A DNA stretch of 63,108 nucleotides, counting the filler, from Octopus bimaculoides (Eukaryota): the NCBI RefSeq assembly GCF_001194135.2. It is 9 parts of 9 records of this genome, joined end to end, with 100 filler letters (N's around TTAATTAATTAA, not from the genome) between each part and the next. Parts side by side here need not be neighbours in the genome. Positions count along the whole stretch, not along the records: positions 52,057 to 57,734 come from NC_068993.1; positions 57,835 to 60,264 come from NW_026380906.1; positions 60,365 to 61,899 come from NC_069004.1; positions 62,000 to 63,108 come from NC_068981.1; 5 more parts are not named here. One strand, written 5' to 3'. The translations under genes were made by a program, and so were the position numbers. The notes beneath the pieces were generated by a model, which did not search any database, had not been told where the DNA came from, and worked only from the letters and a program-made list of their open reading frames with translations. Shown piece after piece: positions 53,671-63,108 of this stretch (positions are counted from its first letter, which is position 1; the number at the start of each line of letters is the position of its first letter).

Positions 53671-53792
53671 CAGATCCTTATTTGTTGATTGACAGTGGGT
53701 CTTTAGATATTTAGTAGTGGTTTCAAATTTGGAAAAGGGTTTGGTGTGTGTGTTTGAGTTTTTTGTTTCTTGTAGTGTGTGTGTTGCTTTGT

Positions 53793-53825
<33 letters not shown>

Positions 53826-53829
<4 letters not shown>

Positions 53830-54230
53830 ACTTAGATAACTTAGATTGGTTTCGGCCATTATCGGCCCACGCCTTGACTAACTCAATAGCACCATCTGGA
53901 AAAGTCTTTTAGTTAATTATTTCGGGACACCATTGACTACTCAAGCAGAGTTGTTGTTGGTTGAGATGTATCCATGTGTAGGTGGTTTATCCGGTATTTC
54001 CTGAAGGAATTTGTCCAGGTACCGTTTGAAAGTTGTGGGGTCTTTTTCTACTTGAATTTCTTTTGGGATAACATTGAAAAGTGCAGGACCATTTGCAGTG
54101 AAGAAATTGTGTCGCAATGTTTTTATGTGATGTGATCTTGACCTTTGTAGGGGACGCATTGCACGGGGGACTTGTCTTGGGTGAATTGTAAACATAATGA
54201 CAACATCATTTAGATAATATTGGTGGAATA
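53826..54230 (-). mobile_element. CR1-type LINE 3' end
   Basis: GPALFNVIPKEI..FKRYLDKFLQEIPDKP, then 3'UTR and (ATCTAAGTT)2 tail; homologous to 56290-56690. Confidence 0.8.
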
Positions 54231-56051
54231 TTTTTCACATGGTACAAATAATGTATCGCCCACGGCGGCGTTGCAGAGTATAGAACTTCAGCTGTTTAAG
54301 TCGAGCCCAATAATCAAGTCCCATCATGCTATTTATTTATTTATTTATTTATTTTGTGATTGATCATTGTGGCACTTCGATCCTCTATAGGGGGGGGGGT
54401 CTCTACTAGCAGACCGGTTTATAATGGAGCAGGGGAAGTATTAACATAAGGCACCTAGGTCAAAAGTATGTAAAATAAAGTTGCTATATCGTGTACAGAT
54501 ACAATAAATGATTATTCATATTTTTCATTAATCAGAATAATATATCAGTATTGTTTTACATATGCTAAGTTTGAAATACTTGAGATACCAATATTTTCTT
54601 AATTAATATGTGAATAAATAAAGGCTAATTATAAATTAATAATGAAATAAAAAGAAATAGTGTATAATAATGTAAATAATCAATTAAGGCAGTATGCAAA
54701 AACCATGAAGTGGTATTAATTTAAAATGCTATGGTAAAGTACATTTGGACTTATTTAATATAAGGAACCATAGATAAGATGTGAAATTTTTAAAAAATTT
54801 ATATATATTGGACTAAAATTTTAAGATTAAACTTATATATCTAATATCATTTAAAAGACACATAAGAGATAAAATTTATTATATAATTAATGTAAAGAAT
54901 TGATACAGAGGATTTACATGGTATATAATGATGTACTCATCAAGATTTAAGAAACTGATAAAATGAATGATTGGAATTAACATAGAATATAATGGTGAAC
55001 TAAACTATTAATAGAGAACATGATAATTATGTACTAATTTAATTAGATTGCACTATTTTAAATTATCAGGAACTTGTGTTAACTAACATGGGCTAAGTAC
55101 AAAATAATAATGGAACAAGGATTAGATTTATTTAAGTCACCCATAAAATAACAATGATAATGCTACAACAACAATAGAATAACATGAATCCTTTAGGGTC
55201 AGGCATCAAATAAAATTTTAAAAGGTTTAAAAACTATTAAAAACTATTAAGAAATTTCAAAACATCTTATTCATTAAAATTAAGTAAGATACACACTAAA
55301 CTAACAGCAACAGCAAATGTGATATGGAAAAAATTTAAGTAAAACCATATACCATCCATGGATAAAGTTAAAATTTTAGTTTCCACAAGAAGATTATACA
55401 TTAAGGTGAGAGATCGAAAATATGCTATAAAAGTTAAATTTCAATTTAAATATGTGATTTAGTAATCACAATAAATAAGAGTTAAAGAAAATATTTGATA
55501 TATCCATTATCTAAAGTCGAAAATATTCAAATTTACTTGATTAGCTTATTTCTATAGTAACTACAATCCAATCTAGACTAAAGGAAAGTTAATGCTATAG
55601 CTTGTAATTTATAAGGATGAAGTGAAGATACCCATATTTGTATATTGTAAGAATAGATTTATAGGGGTGCCAAAAAAATAGGTATTCTTAAAGAAACGAA
55701 AAATTATCCAGCAACTCGGGCTAATACGAACGAGCCTGGTAGGTGTAAAAGACTAACTGTCAAGAATACAGGCGACAGTCAGATCACTGATGTTTGTTGA
55801 ACACTCCTCTGTCGTAATTCGATTGCTGTTATTCTGTGCGTCTGTGTGTAAAGATCAATTGTGTTTTGCAGGGCTGCTTTATTTTTACCCTTAACTTAGA
55901 AATAGAGAAAGACATAGTGCTAGATATTAAAAAAAATAAGCCATTTGGGGCTAGAAATAAAGCGGAAAAACGTGAAATTCTTCGAGCAGACATGTGTCTT
56001 ATGTGAAATCTGTGATGAGGCCGAGTGACGCTGTTGACCTGGAGTCGCTTT

Positions 56052-56091
<40 letters not shown>

Positions 56092-56289
56092 CTTTTATCT
56101 TTTAGCTTTTATTTGTTATAGTTACTCGGTTGCAGCCATTTTGGATTACATAAATACATATTCATACACAAACAGATTGACAGATATAGGGAGATAGTCA
56201 TGAAGTGTGAGTAAAGGTGAGATGATGCATCGATTAAAAAAGAATTTTAACGACGTGATCCTAGAAAGTAGGGCTTCAAATAAGAGTCT

Positions 56290-56690
56290 TTATCATATCC
56301 ATCCAATAAAATCAACATTATCTCTCATATTACTCATGATATCAATTTTAAAATCCACCCAAGACTTGACCCCCGTGCTATCCGCCCTCTACAGAAATCG
56401 AACTGAAGACGCATAACAACATTATGACATAACTACTTTACCTCAACCGGCCCAGCTCTCTTTAATATTATACCAAAATACATCAAAATGGAAATAGATC
56501 CCATAAAATTCAAAAGTTCTCCGGACAAATTTCTCCAAAATATTCCAGACCAACCTCCTACACTCGGATATGTCTCCAACAATAATAGCTCATTACTAGA
56601 GTGGGCCACGGTGCCCCATATATGACTAAAAGACTTCACCAGGTGGTGCTATTAAGTTAGACATGGCCTGGGCCTATCTAAGTTATCAAT
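56290..56690 (+). mobile_element. CR1-type LINE 3' end
   Basis: GPALFNIIPKYI..DKFLQNIPDQPPTLGY, then 3'UTR AAGACTTCACCAGGTGGTGCTATT and ATCTAAGTTATC tail. Confidence 0.8.
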
Positions 56691-56702
56691 ATTTCAAAAG
56701 TG

Positions 56703-57036
56703 TGAGCGGTGAGCTGGCGGAATGGTTAGCACTTCCGGGCAAAATGCTTAGCAGCATTTCATCCGTGTTAACGTTTCGAGTTCAAATTCCACCAAGGTCA
56801 GTTTTGCATTTCATCCTTTTAAGGTGGCGAGCTGGCACAACCATTAGCATGCCGGGCAAGATGCTTAGCAGCATTTTATCCGTGTTGACGTTCTGAGTTC
56901 AAATTCTGCCGCGGTCACCTTTGCTTTTCATTCTTTCGGGGTAAGTAAAATAAATACCAGTTTGAGCGCTGGGGTCGATCTAACCTACTTACCCTTCCTC
57001 CTAAATTGCTGGCTTTGTGCCAGAATTTGAAATTAG
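56703..57036 (+). mobile_element. SINE family B, head-to-tail pair
   Basis: Two GG(T/C)GAGCTGGC heads, at ~56707 and ~56821; the first is truncated at TTTCATCCTTTT. Confidence 0.8.
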
Positions 57037-57279
57037 CATTTAAAAATTGTGCCTCTGACCTTAACTACTGATAGTGAAGCAAGGTCTTGAAGTGTTGTTG
57101 TTTTGGATATGAGCCAAATCCGTCTCAAATGATTCAGCACATTAGTTAATGTAATCCTAGATACATTTTATCAGGAAATATGCAGCGTTTGAAAGGACTG
57201 TAAGCTCGTTGATTATGGTACCCCGCAATCAGGGCTGAGTAAAATCCAGACAACAGCAATGAGGCATATTATATCATAT

Positions 57280-57323
<44 letters not shown>

Positions 57324-57899
57324 ATCGCGGAGTAGATAAAACAGGGGACAAATGATGACGGGAATGTTCTTTATGTTGCATGTCTTGTTTCTCTGCTTGT
57401 TGTTTTCGTTGTTCGAAAAATGTTCGTTTTTTTATGTTTTTGTTATTTATGTTCTCGTTTCTCATTGTGTCTACGTTTTTTTTTATGTCCTGTACCCATA
57501 TATGCATGTATATATACATATATATGTAGCTATGTACATATATGTATATATATATGCATATATTTATATATTATTAGCTAAAGGCATCTGGAAAATGTAA
57601 AATTACTGCCAGAGAAAAACCATTGTTCCACCGTGGGAAAAGTTCTGTCGCAGTGTTAATTTAAATGTGGCTATGGTGGATCGAATCCACTTCATGCATA
57701 CAAGATCCACTACATATATATATATGTGTGTGTGNNNNNNNNNNNNNNNNNNNNNNNNNNNNNNNNNNNNNNNNNNNNTTAATTAATTAANNNNNNNNNN
57801 NNNNNNNNNNNNNNNNNNNNNNNNNNNNNNNNNNTACAAAGAATAAATCCTGGAGTCGATTTGTTCGACTAAAGGTGGTGCTCCCACATTCAAATGGTT

Positions 57900-58717
57900 A
57901 AACATTCATACCCGTTTGATATGTTTATCTGCATTTAAACATATATATACTCACTTGTACACACATGAACATAAATTTCAACCCTGGCCTCCATACAATT
58001 CAGAATCTCCTGCAACTCCTCTGGATGGGCTCCTTGTTTGAGTTGGTAAATGCTGCCATAATCCTTGCCTTCAGTTCATCTTTAGTGTTACAAGGAGTTT
58101 TGTTGGTCTCTCACTCAACTGCACCTCACACATAATAATTAAGGGGGTTGCAGTCTGGTAAGTTAGGTGGCCAGACATTAGGGGTGATGTGGTTGCAGAA
58201 ATTGTCTGACAGCCATGACTGCATTCTCCTGCTTTTGTGGCATGGTGCAGAGTCCTGTTGCCAGACATAGGGTGTTCCAGCAGCCACCCTCTTGACCCAG
58301 GGCAACACTACCTTCTCCAGGCACTTGATGCAGGCCTCCGTATTGAGTCTGAGGCTGTGTGGGAAGATGAATGGAGGCATAACATCACCATCACTAGTGA
58401 TCACTCAAAACACATGATGTTCACTGGATGTTTGATTTTTATCACTCTTGGTACATGTCCTCAGATTGCACAGACCTCAAATTGACAACCAAACAACCAA
58501 ACACTCTGAATTCTTCATATTGCCACTTCTGGTGTGAATGCCAAGTAGTGCAACATGTTGTTTCGAAATTTCTGGAAGTTCATCATGGTGCTGCTTTTCT
58601 CACAGATGGTGCACAACTGATCCTATAATACTATGTAGTTGACAAAACCAAGAACAAACAATATGCACACACGAAATTAAAAGTATAAAATGGCAACAAT
58701 TTACATGTTACACCCTG
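57900..58717 (-). mobile_element. Tc1/mariner DD37D transposon remnant (internally deleted)
   Basis: YVWQQDSAPCH..WPPNLPDCNPLNYYV has 37 residues between the QQD aspartate and the NPL(N/D)Y position; terminus CAGGGTG next to TA. Confidence 0.85.
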
Positions 58718-58990
58718 TATATATTCATGTAAAAAGCACCTTTTCAACATTTGGCCCCATGGAGGCAATGATAAATGACTAAGACCGTTGGCAATATGCT
58801 GTGCTTGAGAAGAAGACCCATCAAACCAAGGGAAAACATAGTTGCGGCAGATACTGGTGTCACAGAATGATTGGCATTAGGAAGGGTATCATGATGATGA
58901 TAATGAGCGATATATATATTCATATTTATCTACGTATCTATATACATACACATACATATGCATACATATATGCTTGTATTTATCTGTGCA

Positions 58991-59045
<55 letters not shown>

Positions 59046-59176
59046 NNNNNNNNNNNNNNNNNNNNNNNNNNNNNNNNNNNNNNNNNNNNNNNNNNNNNNN
59101 NNNNNNNNNNNNNNNNNNNNNNNNNNNNNNNNNNNNNNNNNNNNNNNNNNNNNNNNNNNNNNNNNNNNNNNNNNNN

Positions 59177-59470
59177 AAGCAGAAATATATTGGCATCAAG
59201 TTTAGCGAAAAGCTTGGTGATACTCAAGCTCACACCATACACAAGATTCAGCAGGCCTTTGGTGATGATACCATGGGCATCAAGGTGTGGTACGACCACT
59301 TCAAACTTGGCCACACTTAAGTGATGAATGAGGCACACTCATGCAGGCCACCCACATGCCAAAATGAAGAGCTGATTGAGAAGATTCACTGAATATTCAA
59401 TACAGAGCAACACATAACAATTCAGGAAATTGTTTATGAAGAGGGAATAAATGCAGGATCAGTGCATTTT
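59177..59470 (+). mobile_element. mariner transposase N-terminal HTH fragment
   Basis: KQKYIGIKFSEKLGDTQAHTIHKIQQAFGDD..WYDHFKLGHT matches the mariner HTH pattern. Confidence 0.75.
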
Positions 59471-59599
59471 CCAATGAAAAACCCCAATTTTACAAACTAA
59501 ATTCTTAGGCAAACACACCTGGAAATTCATAACGACAGTTTATGAAATGTAAAATAGTTAAAAAATAATAAAAATGAAGGAAATTGTTGTATACAGTGC

Positions 59600-60055
59600 T
59601 CAGGTGCACCAGAAATAAGAAGAAAGAAAAGGAAAAAGATCATCAGGTGTACTGTTGACAGATTTCAGAAAGCATGGAAGTTTTGAAAGATGTAATGTCT
59701 TCACTGCTATGCCCATAGTTTACTCCAGGCTTCAGCAATTTTAAACTGAAAAAATGTTTCCGAAAGTCATGGGTGCTGTGTTGTTTTTGATTTTATAAGC
59801 ATGTCCACGATTGTTTGTCATATGGAATTTAAAAGGTACCCAAGGTTGTTGCTTGAAAGCTGGTGGATAATCTTGTGGGTCTCTACCAAGTCAGTGTATC
59901 CATGTCCAGGGAAGCAAGACATTCAGGATATGCTACACGTCTGGTGGCAGGTATTCATTTTGTTGTATGTTTCTGAACAGTTTCCAGAGAATTTATATGC
60001 TGAGCAGGATAGAGGTTCCAGACTGGTAGTGCAAATTCCGTCGAACCACAGCTAA
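59600..60055 (-). mobile_element. CR1-type LINE 3' fragment, another subfamily
   Basis: EFALPVWNLYPAQHINSLETVQKHTTK..ECLASLDMDTL..HDFRKHFF..AEAWSKL, with frameshifts. Confidence 0.75.
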
Positions 60056-60395
60056 ATTCGATCACAAAACAGTGAAATAATACATTATCGAACTCACATT
60101 AAGGTATTCTACTGAAAAATCAAGTAACAAATCTAAAATTCCATCCTAGAAAACAAAATAATCTAAATTAAAAGAAAAACGCAAAACAACGAGTGAACCC
60201 TAAGTTCCTTCGGAACAAACTACGAAGTAAATACATACACAAACAATATTTAGGCTCCTATTAANNNNNNNNNNNNNNNNNNNNNNNNNNNNNNNNNNNN
60301 NNNNNNNNTTAATTAATTAANNNNNNNNNNNNNNNNNNNNNNNNNNNNNNNNNNNNNNNNNNNNATTATTATTATTATTATTATTATTATTACAT

Positions 60396-60616
60396 AAGGT
60401 GATGAGCTGGCAGAGTCGTTAGCACGCTGGACGAAATACTTAGCGGTATTTCGCCCGTCGCTACGATTTGAGTTCAAATTCCGCCTGGGTCGACTTTGAC
60501 TTTCATCTTTTCGGGGTCGATAAATTAAGTATTAGTGACGCATTGGGGGAGGTCAATGTAATCGACTGGTCCCCTCCCCCACAAAATTTCAGGCCTTGTG
60601 CCTATAGTAGAAAGGA
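60396..60616 (+). mobile_element. SINE family B inside an (ATT)n tract
   Basis: Full head and tail GGCCTTGTGCCTATAGTAGAAAGGATT, with (ATT)n on both sides. Confidence 0.85.
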
Positions 60617-60737
60617 TTATTACTATTATTATTATTATTATTATTATCATCATCATCATCATCCTTATTAATATTATTGATATTTACAGGACTGAGGTAA
60701 CTCCTCCAGAGGATGTAGATTGACAAGTTTATTTTTA

Positions 60738-60778
60738 TGAACCTGTGGAAGATACACGAGATGTCGAAATATCGTTCA
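60738..60778 (+). ncRNA. Minimal Penelope-type hammerhead variant
   Basis: UGAAC CUGUGGA A GAUA CACGAGA UGUC GAAA U AUC^GUUCA: perfect 5-bp stem I, 4-bp stem II with one wobble, AUAU palindromic stem III. Confidence 0.55.
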
Positions 60779-60812
60779 CTTGATAACGATGGCACTCTTC
60801 TATTTTTGCTGC

Positions 60813-60878
<66 letters not shown>

Positions 60879-61451
60879 TGCTGCTGCTGCTGTTGTTGTT
60901 GTTGTTGTTGTTGTGAAACAACTTAATTATCCAAGCACTAATACTTTACAATAGTAAAGCAGCAGCCTGTTTCAAAATAAATTTAATAAACTCACAATCT
61001 ATATATCCACGCAATACACGGTTCACTCAAATGTAGAACAAACGGCAGGAAGAAGATGCATATACATACATATGTATATATATGTATATATATGCATGTG
61101 TATGAGTGCGTTTGTGTTTGCGTATGTACATAAATAAATGTCTATATACATACATGCTTACATACATTCATATATATATATATATATATATGAATATACG
61201 TAATAATGAATGCAAATAGTTTTTGATATGCGAGGCGAAATGGTGTTTCGTGAGTGTGGGATATTAATATATAGAGTGTGGGATATTAATATATAGCTAT
61301 AGCTATTCTTCGTGATTTGATTTCTATTCAGCTCTTTACGAAGTCAATTACTTTGTAGAATCTGTTTTTTTATTATTTTTTTTCAATTGAACTGTAAAAT
61401 TTTATACATACAACGTCACAGTATAAATATCTATATACATACATACAATAT

Positions 61452-61522
<71 letters not shown>

Positions 61523-61569
61523 TGTATTTCATTGTGTAAGTATCCACATAAATAACTCATCACTAAATA

Positions 61570-61627
<58 letters not shown>

Positions 61628-61638
61628 TATTATTATTA

Positions 61639-61672
<34 letters not shown>

Positions 61673-61698
61673 CATTATTATTATTATTATTATTATTA

Positions 61699-61744
<46 letters not shown>

Positions 61745-61812
61745 TACTATTATTATTATTATTATTATTATTATGATTATTATTATTATTACTACTACTA
61801 CTATTACTATTA

Positions 61813-61846
<34 letters not shown>

Positions 61847-61899
61847 CATTATTATTATTATTATTATTATTATCATTATTATTATCATTATTATTATTA
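61570..61899. repeat. (ATT)n microsatellite, ~330 bp
   Basis: Direct reading. Confidence 0.95.
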
Positions 61900-61999
61900 N
61901 NNNNNNNNNNNNNNNNNNNNNNNNNNNNNNNNNNNNNNNNNNNTTAATTAATTAANNNNNNNNNNNNNNNNNNNNNNNNNNNNNNNNNNNNNNNNNNNN

Positions 62000-63108
62000 C
62001 ATTTTCAAAGTTAAATACTCCACAATTGACTGCTGACAACAGCAACTCCACTCGCTCAGAGCATACACGTATTCCCTGTTGCTGAAACCGGCGAGTCAAT
62101 TCATTTTCGATGACAGCCACTATAGAGAAAAATTGCCGACGCCAGTCATCGGTGACAGAAAGAGCAACTTCTTCAGTAGTTGTTGTGTGCCTAAAGTGCA
62201 GTGGTGTATTTTTAGATCGCGAAATGTTGGGTATTTTCACAAAGTCAGAAGAGGATACTTCATCAAAATATTTTTCAAAAACCTTCTCACTTCTCATTTT
62301 TGAAAGAGATGTTTTCAACTTTTCAATCAATTTCAAGCAACCACCGGCTGTCGTGCCTGGACGCTGTAAGCTACGTGCCACTGGCTCACATACCACAAAT
62401 ATATCCCCAGTGATTTTAATGCCGAACAAAGTGGAAGCTTTGCCAGATTGTTTTAGCAGNNNNNNNNNNCACAGTGTACAAAATATGTACCTGGGAACAA
62501 ATTTTTCAATCGCATTTGTACACCTGAAATGTTTCCACTCATGGTACTTGCACCATCAAATGAAAAACAGCATAACTTTGAGTCAAGGGAAATGTTTAGG
62601 CGACAAAAATATCTAGAAAAATCTTAGTCAGTGTCTTCGAAGAGCAATTACAGGGATTATAAAAACCTAGAAAATCCTCATTGACATTCAGGTCTTCAGA
62701 AACGTACAGGACAGTGATTGATACTTGTTCCATGCCAGAACAATTAGTGGTACCATCATATATAATGCCAATAAACCTGGAATTTTCTACTTTTATTTTG
62801 ATCTCATGTAAAATGTTATGAGCAAATGCCTCTAAAATTTCATTTTGAGTTGTATCAGAGAGGAAATTGTCCCGACGCTTAAACCACTGACTTACTTCTG
62901 CACTGCATTCTTCAGCAAGTTCCCTTACAAGATTTACGAAGTTTCCCATAAGATTTTGAATTTCTGTTGAATACAACATGGCAGATGATTAAAAAGGGCA
63001 GACACAAGAAAGAAAAAATAAGTATAGAACCACGTATAAGGCCACTGAATTGTAACAAAAGAACTCTGGTCGAACAAAAACCTGAAAAACAAATAGTGAA
63101 CATCAAAT
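62000..63108 (-). mobile_element. hAT-superfamily transposase (DUF4371/ZMYM1-like), frameshifted, runs off the window
   Basis: QNEILE..FIGIIYDGTTNCSGMEQVSITVLYV..EDFLGFY; FDGASTMSG; C-terminal RRQFFSIVAVIENELTRRF. Confidence 0.8.

Noticed and set aside
54400-55650. Confident NUMT call
   Set aside because: Trial translations with the invertebrate mitochondrial code gave no convincing match to a mitochondrial protein, so it is kept only as a low-interest lead.
61252-61295. 22-bp direct duplication (a similar short duplication occurs at ~28040-28090)
   Set aside because: These are ordinary slippage duplications with two copies only and no spacers.

Overview
This is repeat-dominated, gap-containing eukaryotic DNA. 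The SINE families, DD37D transposons and extreme microsatellite density point to an octopus/cephalopod genome (inference). No host protein-coding gene can be called with confidence. Nearly all ORFs in the supplied track are microsatellite, N-gap or decayed-transposon read-through, and only weak exon candidates remain. Recognisable content: many tRNA-derived SINEs of at least three families, decayed LINEs (R4/Dong-like with RLE domain, CR1, RTE-like), three DD37D (maT-type) Tc1/mariner remnants, one mariner HTH fragment, and a hAT (DUF4371-type) transposase at the right edge. The most interesting signal is at the RNA level. At 12207-12890 a ~360-bp tandem repeat carries one type I hammerhead ribozyme per unit on the minus strand, with predicted GUC cleavage sites 363 nt apart. 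This is the architecture of a metazoan non-LTR retrozyme, a circular-RNA-producing element. Several minimal Penelope-type hammerhead motifs with a shared non-canonical core are also scattered through the window (697, 49587/49743 inverted pair, 52281, 60738, and a partial one at 33772). Boundaries of decayed repeats are approximate, and all alignments were done by eye.
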